Assembly: GCA_019828565.1 (NCBI GenBank)
Contig: JAHDYR010000038.1
Coordinates: 1,252,552 to 1,316,551, forward strand
DNA: 64,000 bases
Source: Carpediemonas membranifera BICM
Lineage: Eukaryota > Protista > Fornicata
Direction: 5' to 3'
Positions 11,299 to 23,232 of the stretch are shown in pieces; positions within the stretch are counted from its first letter, which is position 1, and each line of letters starts with the position of its first letter. The notes beneath the pieces are model-generated. The model saw only the letters and a program-made list of their open reading frames with translations. It was not told where the DNA came from and did not search any database. A program made the translations under genes and the position numbers.

Positions 11299-14200
11299 AT
11301 GGGAGAAACTGGAAGGCCTGGACGGAGACCTCACCCGGATATGTACATGTGGCCCGACTTTCGGACCCAAAAATTCCGACCCAGTTTATGGACTAGGAAA
11401 AGGGGAGAAATTTTGCACTCAACAATGCAGGTAGAAATACCGACAAGGATCAGGGATTCCACGCAGAAGCAGTGGGAGGACATCAGGGAACTACTGGACA
11501 GCTTCCTCGCTGAAAGGAACGATTCAAGGACTCTACTTCTTCGTAGAACAGGCAAGTTTACAGGAAAGTCGCTCAATGCGAACTCCAAAGGACGCAAGGA
11601 AGTAATCATGAACGCCAGACGCATCCTCTTCGCAACCGGCGTCACTGACAACAAGGACATCATCCTCAGGAACCCATGCGGCATCCACGGCCTCCGCGAC
11701 CTTTTCTACATGCTCACAGAGGCGCTCAACCCCAGAGACGAGGAAGCAAAGGACATGGCACAGGCACTGGAGCCCAAGACGCTGAAAGCGGGCTTCACTG
11801 GCATGGCAAGATGGCCATCTGAGAAGGACATCGAGACGGCGATCCTCAAGCCGAAGGAAGATGGGCCCATCGAATGGGATGTAGACAGGGACAGCGTCAA
11901 GAAGGCCGAAGGGTCGTTCATACTGGTATCAGGGGCTCATGGAGACGAGGCCGTAGAAGGCGTGCCTTACGACAAGGTATGGGATCCGGCAAACCAAGGC
12001 CCGGTCACCAGAGTGGCCTACGAGCAAGAGGACGGCAAGTACAGGGTCATCCTAGAGCTAAGCGACACGTCAGCATGGTCCATCAGCCGCTTCATGGAGG
12101 AGGCTAGGGACATCCTCAGGCTTCAGGCACCGGAGGCCCCGGCCATATGGCAGGCAGCATGGAACAAGTCAGGGATCTACCTGAAGGGCAGAACCAATAT
12201 CCTGGGCGAAGGGGAGGAGACCCCCCTTAGCAACGAGCCGCCGTTCCGGAAGGTGAGGCTGGAAGTGCTCAAGGCCACCTCGGTCCGCAGCAATAGGGAC
12301 GAACATGCCGATCTGGACAGGTCGTCCGCTAGCACGGTCATCGACGGAGACGAGGAGCAACATGTCAAGGACAAGGAGGAACGACGCCAGCAGGCCACCA
12401 TGCCCGGCAGAAGAAGCCTCGACGACAGCCTCCTGGAAGTGAACAAGGACATGGTCGGGGCCAACCAAGGCAAGATCGACCAGGACGAGGAGGTCGACTC
12501 AAACAAGGACAGCAGTCAGCCGCCGAGGATGCCTAGAAAGGACAAGGAGAAACGACTGGTGATCGGAGCCATCGACTTCGAGTGCGCAGACCCTGGCGTC
12601 AAGAAGGCAGGGATCCCTGCCATCCCGGTTGAGGGCGGGATCGTACTCTTTGACCTCAGCACTGGGGACATTCTTGGACACGGGCATGGCCTGTACTACC
12701 AGGACATACCGGCAGCAAGCATGGACCAAGCGAGGTACACGGCATGGGCAGTGACGGGGCTGCCGCCGGCCACCTTCGTGGAGGTCGGGACGGGGCGGCC
12801 GCCGATCGAGTATGAGAAGCACATACATACTTTCAGGGACTGGGCCAACCGCCTGGCGGCTCAGCTGGCAAGGATCGAAAGGTCGGAGGGTTGGAAGATA
12901 ATCATGTATGCAAAGGGGGTGGAGATGGAAAGCTTCCTCCTCACGAACCCCACAAATGGACTGGAGCAAGGAACCAGGGAATTCTTCCAAGCTAGGCTGG
13001 TGGACGAGAAGAAGCTACCAGAGATCCTGGAGAACAACGGCAAGGGAGGAGGCTGGCCAAAACCTCAGGGACAACCTCGACAAGGCCAACTACCTGGAAG
13101 CAGTAACAACATGGTCAAATGGATGGCAGAACAGGAGCGAGCCCAAGGGAGTCTGTCCGTACCACAGACACACCGCGGGTTGCTACCACTGTGGGTTGGC
13201 GGATACAGTAGTCTTCACAGCCAGGATCAGGGCCCTATGCAAGGAGAGGATGAGCACCCCAGACGTCTACCACTACATGGGTAAGGCACTCGACAAGACC
13301 ATGGAAGCAGTCGGGAAGGCGGAGCCGGGCATGGATATCATGGGAGGCCCGGAATTCGCGACAAGGAGGGACACCTTTGAGATCTTCGGCACGTACCCGA
13401 TCGGGGACGCAAGGGACGTCAGCAGGGAAGTCGGCGACAGGATCCTCGTAGTCCCGGACAACGGACACCGCTTCGGCATCGGCTTCGGGTTCGGGGAGGT
13501 TCTGTTGGGCATGAAGGGCATCTTACTGGCCCCCCTCACAATCATGGACAACGAAGGTGTACTGGAGAGAAGCCCGCTATGGACCATCATGGAAGAGCCA
13601 CGGCTAACCAGCTCCGCATGGTACGCGTCAGGAAGGGCCTAGGGGCAGCAAGGGAGGAGGACATCATAACCATGGCCATGCTATACGAGTGGTGGCCCTC
13701 GAAGGAGGCTACGGCTCATCAAGGAGTCTGGGGCTGCGACGACCTAGCAGAGAGCCTCAGGGACTATGAGAAGGTCATAGTCAACGTCAAGGCCCCCAGG
13801 AACAGGGGTAGGATCACCCTAGGGGCGAGCTTCATCCCGAGAGACTGGGGCATGGTCAGGGTCAGCGAGGCTGGGACCATCCTAAGCCGCATGCGCAAGG
13901 AAGGGGCCAGACTAGTCTCGGCAGCTATCCCGGACGAGCCCAGAGCCAACACAGTCAATGTCCCAGGCATCACGTATGTCCCCACCATCGACGGAAAGTC
14001 CGAACAGCCATACCAAAGTAGGTTCTTCGACAACGGCCTGGAGGAAAAGGCGAGGCGGATTAGCACCAGGATGGTGGGCAGGCACTTCGGCCAGGACGCG
14101 GATCAAGGACATCACGACCAGCATGGAGACAGGGAAGAGGACAGAAGGGTAGGACACGGAGCCGGCGGTAGAGCTGGTGTCAGAGCTGACGACAGAACCG

Positions 14201-14802
14201 GCGACAGAGCTGGTAACATGAACAGGACCTCGGATCGTAACCACGGAGGAGACGACAGGGAGAGACAGGACAACACGGGAACACAGATGAGAGGCTCGTT
14301 CAGCGGGAACACCTGGGCCGGTAGAGGCTCAGAGGGAGGCATGGACAACAGCAAGGATCACTCTTCCTCCACGACGCTCAAGCGCAAGGAGGGCAGCACG
14401 AGTAGGATCATGGACTCGGACAGCGGAAAGAGAAGCAGGCACGAAGAGGACATGGACTGGGAGTCTGGAAGCAGACAGGCAACCGGCATGGACTCGGAGA
14501 AGCTGCGGCTCCGAAAGCAGTTGGCAGAGGCGCAACAAGAGATCTCAGCGCTCAAGGCTGCCCGACTCATGCAAGAGCAAGGCCACGGAAGGTTGGTGCT
14601 CTCCGGCGTCGCGACTAAGCCCAGCAAGGAGAAGCCCACGATCCCCCGGCACAAGCACAAGAAGGCTAAGAAGGCCAAGCAGATCTCACCCATGGACCTG
14701 ATGACCCAGTTCATCACGGTAATGCAGAGTCTACAAGGACAGCAAGTGAGTCAGGCCGAGGACAGCTGCAGCGGCAGTGGGGAGTCCACGGAGGAGGAGT
14801 AA
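11299..14802 (+). CDS. Family B ORF1 (~1167 aa) with a Maelstrom-like DEDDh exonuclease domain and C-terminal coiled coil
   Basis: Three overlapping ORFs are joined by compensating +1/-1 homopolymer slips (~13045, ~13593) that are absent from copy B2. Motifs IDFEC, IPVEGG, TGLPP, AKGVEME, CPYH-x6-HCGLAD. Confidence 0.8.
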
Positions 14803-15134
14803 GGACATGGTAAAGCAGTATTCTTTCAAGGAACAAGCAACATTTTCTTTATAATTCACAAGCCCTGGCTCCCACCCAGGGCCCGGCATTAGCTGAAATG
14901 CACTGCCGGTAGGCTGTAGCGGCAGCCAAAGGGGGGGTCACGTCATATCGTCCCCCTCCTAAGTACCCTGCCCGAAGAATGGAAGGTCACCAGGTGGTAA
15001 CAAGGTTGGCCTGACAAGGGTCACCGAGACCGGCATCTAGGCCCCTTGTTAGGACAAGGATAGCAGGAGAGGAGCGGGAAGCTGGGGCTCCCAAATTCTG
15101 GGAATTCGCAGGATAAGGAAACAGGACAAAGGCA

Positions 15135-15634
15135 ATGGTAACCTACAAGATACTTAGTCTGAACACAGAGGGACACATAGGAAGAGGAAAGGACTTCACG
15201 GCGTCTATGGCAACGGCGAGCTGGCCCAAGGCGCTGACCTGAAGAGAGAAATTAGCAGACTATGCCCCCTATGCTCGGATGAGTCGGAGGTGAGCCTGTT
15301 CTACAGGATCATTAGGGAAAAGCCAGGACCAGCAAGGAAGCAGGAAATGATCAGGGAGTGGGCAGAGGGCCAGAGGCTAGGATCGGCAGCGCACATAATC
15401 TGTGAATGCCCGGCAGTAGACAGGGGAGAAGCTTGGACAAAGCTGTGGACAGCAGCGAAGCACAAAACTAAGGACTTGGAAGTAAGGCAGGGCCCCCAGG
15501 GCGAATGGTACCAGGAAAGACCCATCCTAGAATTACAGCAACTAATAATATGGGGCTCGGAGGACATTTGGGAAGGCCTCACGGCAGGACTACGGGAACT
15601 GGCAAAGGTTTACAACAGCTTCAAGGTGGAATAG
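15135..15634 (+). pseudogene. B1 ORF2 remnant (first 28 codons fused out of frame to the Zn-finger tail)
   Basis: MVTYKILSLNTEG...MATA followed by a stop at ~15240. The downstream CPLC...HIICEC matches the end of B2 ORF2. Confidence 0.85.
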
Positions 15635-18538
15635 AAGCATGTCATGAACCCCTGACTCCAGGACCGGGAAGGGATGGACAAGGAATCAGCCATGGACCAC
15701 CCTCGCTGGTGCTAAGCTCCTGGGATCAGTGAGGAAAGGCCCCACGTATCCCGGTAGCCAGGAACCAAAGCAAGGGAAGGAACGACTGCAAGGAAAGAAC
15801 AGGAAGGACAGACCAGAAATAAGAAAGAAAGGACATGCGACAAGGACAGAGCAAGGATAAGGTCAAGGAAATCCATATCCATATGGTTGCACCACTCGTT
15901 GGGACCCCAAGGAAACTGCAGGGACTGGCCACGGGGGTCGGAGGGGCACAGGTGCCCCTGCCGCCCTTGTTAACGACATGGGAAACCAAGGACATGTAGT
16001 GCAAGCGAAATGTTGTAAGGGGTAACAGGACAACCAGGCCTAGTGCCTGGGGGTACACCACCATGCCGCTGACCCACGCCACCTAACCGGGGTAGACAGC
16101 ATGGACTTAGTCACTTTCCCCGCCTTCGGGTAGGCTTCTTAACAGAGTCGAGGGGGCATGGAATTGGGGAACCGGACAGACGAGAGGGTGCCGTGGCTGA
16201 ACGGCTCTACAAGGACTGCAGGGAAGCAAGGAGTGTCATAGTCAAGGTTCTGCAGGACGATCCTGCCTGTCAATGCCCCGAGGACAGACCCCCAGGCTCC
16301 CCGGATAGTTGCCGGACTTTCAGGGAGACAGGAAAGCATATTTGCACGGAGATGGCCGCAGGGCCTCTGGGGCGATTGGAATCGGCTTTCCGCGGAGACA
16401 GTAGCACCGAAAGCCCAAGGCAAACGCTGCTGACCAGTTTGCCACGGGAAATAGGCAGTACCCCGGGGCACTCAGCTCCAAGACAACGGGAAACAAGCTC
16501 AGTCCGGGGTCAGAATCCAAGCACCATAAATTTCTTTCTTTCTTTCTTTCCCGGGAACGCCTTAGCGTGTTGACTTCCCTTCGTGAGCGAGCCTGATACT
16601 ACGTTGGGGGCGTTAGCACCATCACCGTCAGGGTCCAGCTGGTAAGGCTGGGTAGTCCCTTGCATGTTGACCTATCAACTGGCTGGCCCGATACCCCCAA
16701 AGTCGGGATAACCCAGGTCTTACTCTTGGGGGTCCTTCGGGCCCCCGTTCTGCCTGGCACCCGCAAGGCCTTGCCCTGCACACCCGCCACCGGGGCCTTC
16801 TGCTCGGTTTCCCCCTACAGGGCTCCTCTCAGGGATATTTTCTCCATACCATTCGACCCAGTTTGCAATTTTTCAGGCACCCGCCGAAGCGGTTTCGGGC
16901 TTGGCGTTTGCCGTACCACGCAATTGGGCCAGTTATGAAACCCACCGATCATCGCTGGGTAGCTATATGATTCACGGCTGCGTTCGGGCTCTTCCACACT
17001 TTCCGTTCCGGCATGGATCCCCTCCTCAAGGATTTGTTCCCTATAGGGCTTCTTCCTAGCTTCCGGCTGGTTCCAAGTTTTGGGTGCCGGGCCGTTCGGC
17101 GCAGCTCTGATTTGGTCCAGGTGCCGCCCAGGTGGTATTGTTGCCTTATGGTTACCCTCCTGTTTGGCTGCTGCGCCCCGATACCTCGCACGTACGTGTA
17201 TACATGTGCATACGTGCCCCGCCCTATGGCTCTGGGTTATTTCTTATACGTGTGAAGAGTGTGCCGGTTCTGCCGGCTGAATGTTGTCTACGTTCCCAGT
17301 ATGGGTGAGCGTTTGTGTGTTAGCGAGATTAGTGTTCGGGGTTGAGTCCCCCTTCCGCGGCTGGGTGCTACCGGGATACGTGGGGCTTGCGTCCCCCGCT
17401 GATCCCAGGAGCGCTCCGCTTCGGTTGAGGCGGGGGTTGGGTCCCAGTTTGACCCTGGTCCCAGAGGTCATAGGATTCTGGGATGGTGTACTTACCCGTC
17501 TTTCCGGAGGTTCAGAAGGGCACGTCTGCCGTTCTGCAGTCCCTCTCTGACGGTATGGTCCTCGCTGCGGAGGAGCCAGAGCATTTCCAGGATTGCCCTT
17601 GAGTTGTACCACTCCGCCTCCTGCCCTTGCCTTAGGGCGTGGTACTGTGTGCGTAGATGCGCCTCCGCCAGGATGTCATTCCATCCTTCTGGGCGTTCTA
17701 CCGCCTTGCATTGGCAGATGATGTGGCTTTGTGTTCCCAGGGGCTGGTTGTATGCCCATTCTGAGAGGATTTTGGTGGTTTCCGCCGCGGTTCTGGTGAC
17801 AGTGTACAGGCGAGTAATGGTGTCACCTTCTGAGTCCAGGGTACATAGGGGGCAACACCGCTTGATCCTGCTCAGGAGGGCCTGGGGCTGGCCGATCGCG
17901 CTCCCAAGTACCCCAGAAGGCCTGTAGCTCACGCTTCATGATCTCACTTCTGGTCTTGTTTCCCTCTTCTGTCCATGGTGTGTGCCGGAGCTCCGACCAC
18001 ACCTTTTCTTTGATGACCTCTTCCCTGTATCCACTGCCTGGGTGACCTGACGGCTCGCCCATATCCTTCCTGATATCCTCCTCCCACTCATCCAGGCTCT
18101 TAAAACGGTGCAGTCTTCTGACTGATGTGCGTTCAGCCTTCTTCCTCATGTTCCACACTCTGACGCCCGGTATGTCTAGGACTTCCTCTCTCTTTGTCCG
18201 TTGGATCCGTTGTTCCCTCCATTCCAGTCTTATCATGTTGTGGGCTGACCCCCAGACTCCGAGTCGACTAGCATCCAGTACTTCTATCCTTGCTCCTCTG
18301 ATCCCTGATGATACCAGCGCGAAGTCCGGAGTGGTAGTTCCCTTGGTGAGGGTACCTTCCATGGGGATCACTGCTCCCAGCTTATAGTCCCTGATCAGGT
18401 CCTTCCATCTTGCCATTGTGGCTATCCTTTTGGGTGCTGCTGGCTGACAAGGCCAGACAGCGCCTCCGTTGGTTGCGTCTCCACCCAGAGGTCCCAATGC
18501 TCCAACCACTCGCCGACGCGGCAGATCTGCTCGGCCCC

Positions 18539-18553
18539 TATGCCAGCACCCAT
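18539..18553 (+). repeat. 15-bp TSD of element B2 (TATGCCAGCACCCAT); partner at 27212-27226
   Basis: Exact direct repeat. Confidence 0.92.
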
Positions 18554-19459
18554 GAAGAAGAAATTTATGGTGCTTGGATTCTGACCCCGGACTGAGCTTG
18601 TTTCCCGTTGTCTTGGAACTGAGTGCCCCGGGGTACTGCCTATTTCCCGTGGCAAACTGGTCAGCAGCGTTTGCCTTGGGCTTTCGGTGCTACTGTCTCC
18701 GCGGAAAGCCGATTCCAATCGCCCCAGAGGCCCTGCGGCCATCTCCGTGCAAATATGCTTTCCTGTCTCCCTGAAAGTCCGGCAACTATCCGGGGAGCCT
18801 GGGGGTCTGTCCTCGGGGCATTGACAGGCAGGATCGTCCTGCAGAACCTTGACTATGACACTCCTTGCTTCCCTGCAGTCCTTGTAGAGCCGTTCAGCCA
18901 CGGCACCCTCTCGTCTGTCCGGTTCCCCAATTCCATGCCCCCTCGACTCTGTTAAGAAGCCTACCCGAAGGCGGGGAAAGTGACTAAGTCCATGCTGTCT
19001 ACCCCGGTTAGGTGGCGTGGGTCAGGGCATGGGTGGTGTACCCCCAGGCACTAGGCCTGGTTGTCCTGTTACCCCTTACAACATTTCGCTTGCACTACAT
19101 GTCCTTGGTTTCCCATGTCGTTAACAAGGGCGGCAGGGGCACCTGTGCCCCTCCGACCCCCGTGGCCAGTCCCTGCAGTTTCCTTGGGGTCCCAACGAGT
19201 GGTGCAACCATATGGATATGGATTTCCTTGACCTTATCCTTGCTCTGTCCTTGTCGCATGTCCTTTCTTTCTTATTTCTGGTCTGTCCTTCCTGTTCTTT
19301 CCTTGCAGTCGTTCCTTCCCTTGCTTTGGTTCCTGGCTACCGGGATACGTGGGGCCTTTCCTCACTGATCCCAGGAGCTTAGCACCAGCGAGGGTGGTCC
19401 ATGGCTGATTCCTTGTCCATCCCTTCCCGGTCCTGGAGTCAGGGGTTCATGACATGCTT

Positions 19460-22400
19460 CTATTCCACCTTGAAGCTGTTGTAAACCTTTGCCAGTTCCC
19501 GTAGTCCTGCCGTGAGGCCTTCCCAAATGTCCTCCGAGCCCCATATTATTAGTTGCTGTAATTCTAGGATGGGTCTTTCCTGGTACCATTCGCCCTGGGG
19601 GCCCTGCCTTACTTCCAAGTCCTTAGTTTTGTGCTTCGCTGCTGTCCACAGCTTTGTCCAAGCTTCTCCCCTGTCTACTGCCGGGCATTCACAGATTATG
19701 TGCGCTGCCGATCCTAGCCTCTGGCCCTCTGCCCACTCCCCTGATCATTTCCTGCTTCCTTGCTGGTCCTGGCTTTTCCCTAATGATCCTGTAGAACAGG
19801 CTCACCTCCGACTCCTCCGAGCATAGGGGGCATAGTCTGCTAATTTCTCTCTTCAGGTCAGCGCCTTGGGCCAGCTCTGTGATGGCTCTCATAGGGCCCT
19901 CCCCTCTCTCTGCCGACGATGGGGATGGGCTGACATTGGCTGCAATGGATACAATTCTCTTCCATTCCGCCCTGCTTTGCCCCTTCCCAGCCTTTCGGTC
20001 TACCGTAGGCTTACCTTGCAGACACTTGCTTAATTTCCTTGTCCCCATGATTTCCATTAGTCCTAGTGCCGTACGGCTTTTGCACCGCTTCATCCACCCC
20101 TCCTGATCGTTTCCATGCCATAATCCAGTAGCGCTGGTTTAGGGGCTCCTTCTCTGGTGCCCTCCAGTAGATGCTGCACTCTCTCCCTAGCTTCCCACAT
20201 AACCGTGCCCCGCCCCCATTCTCTGTTTCTGACTGGTATATCCTGGTCCCTGTAGTTGACTATCCTTTTGACTGCCAGCCATTCCATGTGTGCCTGGAGG
20301 TCCACCCATCCATTCATCAGCCTCATGGCTGCGCCCCCTCCCGGTCCTGTTCCTGCCATGATTCCCTGCCAGTCATTCCAGATCCTTCTACCTCCCGGTG
20401 CGTTCCCCCACACCTCGACTCCGAAGAGGATCCTGGGCCATATATATATTTCCAGTAGTAGCCTGCTCGCTAGTGCTGGCATGTTTGCCCTGGTCCACCC
20501 TGCCCATCTCACCAGTCTCTTGTACCTTTCGCTCTGCTCCTGTTTCCGCCTTATGCAGGCCGACATAGGGTCCTTCCCACTTGCGATCCATAATCCCAGG
20601 TATCTCGCCTCCTTCTCTGGCAGTAGTGTTACCCCCTCGATCCTGACTAGGGCTGTTCTGTCCACGCTAATCATTACATTCTTCTGGGCGTTCACCCTCA
20701 TTTCATGCTCTCTGATTATGTCCACCATTATGTTGGCGACCATCTGGCTATGCTCCGGTTTGCTCCCTGTGACCGCAGTGTCATCCACAAACATGGTAAG
20801 TGCTGCCGGTAGTCGGTCGCTGAGGTGGCTCGTGGTCCTTGGCGGTTCTCTGATGTCGTACCGTTCTCCCTTGATTTTTCTTTCTGGCCAGGTGGGGCCA
20901 GTTAGCCATGAACAGCACAAACAGTGTCGGTGCCAGGACGCACCCTTGCTTAACTCCCCTGTTGGTTCTTTCCCATGCCTTTGCCCCCTTGACTGATATC
21001 CAGGTTTCCTTTATTGTGCCTTGAATTGCCCTGATCAAGTGCTCCTCCACCCCCATACCCTGTAGCTTATCCATGAGAATGTCCCTTGGTACCGTGTCAT
21101 ATGCCTTCTCGATGTCCAGAAAGATTGACGTGGTCTCACCCCCTCCTGGTGCCGCTGCACAATGTACTGTATCTGCTGGATGACGTCCCTGTCTGACTGG
21201 AAACCAGCCTGTTCTCTTGGTATGAACCTTTTCGTTGCTGCTTCCAGACGTATCTTGAGCAATCTACCATAGACCCTGTACAGCAGTGGTGTCAAGGATA
21301 TTGGTCTATATGATTCCGGCTTGACCCTTGGCTTCCCTGTCTTGTGTATGGCCGACACTGTGGCATACTTCCATGCTTTGGGTACGTCGCCCTCCCTGTA
21401 GACCCTGTTGATGAGCCTCGTCACTTCCCTAAGGCCTTTCTCATCCAGCTCTCTCAGCATGTCTCCAGATGTGAGGTCAGGCCCTGGTGCGGTGTCCCTC
21501 CTGATCCTTTTGATTGCGGCTTTGACCTCGCTTTCCTTGAACTCATTTCCGTCCCTGCCCCTCCATGTCTTCCAGGTGGGTTCCCTGCCTCTGCTGACTC
21601 TAGCATACTGTTGCAAGAGGATCTCGCTGATGGCCGCCTTGTCCGTGGTTACCACTCCGTCCTTGAGGAGGCTCTCCGGCATTCCCTTGTATTGGTTGTC
21701 ACACCACCACCTTCTGATGGCAGCTTCCACTGAGGCCCTTGAGGCCCTATACCCCCTTTTTGCACTTCTGCTGATGTCGGCCACCCATTTGGCCCTGCGC
21801 TCTCCCCAGTATTTCTCCAGCTCCTCTTTCATCCTTTCCTTCCTGGTCCTGTTGCCTATTTCTGTCCATGAGGTTCGCTGGAGTTCGCTCCACACTCCGT
21901 TCCCGAACACTTTGTCCCTTGCCTTTGCTCCCCTGTTGTTCACTGGGTCGCCCATGCATGCTCTTATAGTCTCTTCCCATTGGTCCGAGCTCTTGATCCT
22001 GTTCAGCTTTGAGACTGTGACTGGCCCCTCCTTCTTTTCATGGGCCAGGTGTGCACCTCGGGTATGGCCAGAGCCACGTCTCGCTCACTTCTGCCATAGT
22101 ACCGTTGTTCCTTCCATGCTAGTGTGATTCCATTGTGTGCTGAGCCCCATACCCCGACCTTCTGAGACTCTACCACCTCAATCTCCGCCCCCTGGATTCC
22201 TGGTGTTGTCACTGCAAAGTCCGGGGTTGATGTTCCTGATGTGAGCGTCCCAGACTTGGGTATGATGGCTTTGAGCCTGTGCTTCTCCATCATATCCTTC
22301 CACCGGGTGGATCTTTCCATCTGGCCTGGGTCGATGTTCCAGTCTCCCATAATTATGGCCTCCATGCTCCCTTTCATGTCCATGATCTTCTGTATAGTGT

Positions 22401-22902
22401 CCCTGAATCCATCCTTCTCCTGCTTGCTGTGGCCGGATGGGGGGCCATACACGTTGATGACTAGTATGTCCCTGCCGGTTCTCATTATGCTGGCTTGCAC
22501 TCTTCCCGATAGGCTGTCCGATATGCCGATGTCCCACTTTGCAGTTGCGTGTGGGCTCACTATCGTGCCGATGCCTTCCCTTGTTCCCTTCCATCTTGGC
22601 GCAGGTTCGTCATTGCCTGCTATGCCTAGTTGTCGGTTGATGCGGTGCTGACTTTTGACATCCGCCTTTCGTTTTTCGTTGGCTAAGACCAGGTCCTCTT
22701 CCGTCTCCCTCCCTGCTAGTGCGTAGTCAAGGTCCATGAAGCAATGAACCCTCGTATTCGCCGTTCTCCATGTCTCTTGTATGAGTACTGCCTCTATGTC
22801 CTTCAACCTTAGCTGAATCGCCGTTGCCATAGACGCCGTGAAGTCCTTTCCTCTTCCTATGTGTCCCTCTGTGTTCAGACTAAGTATCTTGTAGGTTACC
22901 AT
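19460..22902 (-). CDS. B2 ORF2: APE endonuclease - reverse transcriptase - CCHC Zn finger
   Basis: SLNTEG, IQETW, GIG, NVYGP, MGDWN, PDF, SAH; APGPD, YRPISL, QAGF, GVKQG, FVDD, RYLG; CPLC...HIICEC. Broken by frameshifts, several of which appear to sit in homopolymer runs. Confidence 0.9.
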
Positions 22903-23232
22903 TGCCTTTGTCCTGTTTCCTTATCCTGCGAATTCCCAGAATTTGGGAGCCCCAGCTTCCCGCTCCTCTCCTGCTATCCTTGTCCTGACAAGGGGCCTAG
23001 ATGCCGGTCTCGGTGACCCTTGTCAGGCCAACCTTGTTACCACCTGGTGACCTTCCATTCTTCGGGCAGGGTACTTAGGAGGGGACGATATGACGTGACC
23101 CCCCTTTGGCTGCCGCTACAGCCTACCGGCAGTGCATTTCAGCTAATGCCGGGCCCTGGGTGGGAGCCAGGGCTTGTGAATTATAAAGAAAATGTTGCTT
23201 GTTCCTTGAAAGAATACTGCTTTACCATGTCC

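Larger units (their letters stand above)
10827..16549 (+). mobile_element. Element B1: full-5'-end family B copy with ORF1 retained and a ~2.9-kb deletion of ORF2 (non-autonomous)
   Basis: Near-identical inverted copy of B2. Deletion junction at ~15218 has a GA microhomology. (TTTC)n tail at 16531-16549; TSD present. Confidence 0.92.
10737..17910 (-). mobile_element. Element D: heavily 5'-truncated non-LTR element (ORF2 Zn-finger end plus ~1 kb 3' UTR), inserted in C and interrupted by B1
   Basis: ORF 17492-17910 (CCPLC...SHIICQC...EWY) is homologous to the B ORF2 C-terminus. (TTTC)n tail at 10736-10750. Own sequence is 10737-10825 plus 16563-17910. Confidence 0.85.
8057..18434 (-). mobile_element. 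Element C: 5'-truncated non-LTR element related to family B, inserted in A and interrupted by D
   Basis: (TTTC)n tail at 8057-8073. Own sequence is 8057-10736 plus 17928-18434. Contains the APE C-terminus (TPDFAL...GSAHN) and RT (APGPD, YRPISL, LDIEKAYD, GVKQG, FVDD, KYLG). Internal deletions near 9970 (RT) and 8870 (Zn finger lost). Flanked by a 15-bp TSD. Confidence 0.9.

Noticed and set aside
16193-16573. ORF3 in the 3' UTR (similar peptide at 8203-8412)
   Set aside because: The B/C alignment has non-triplet indels, so conservation is at the RNA level.
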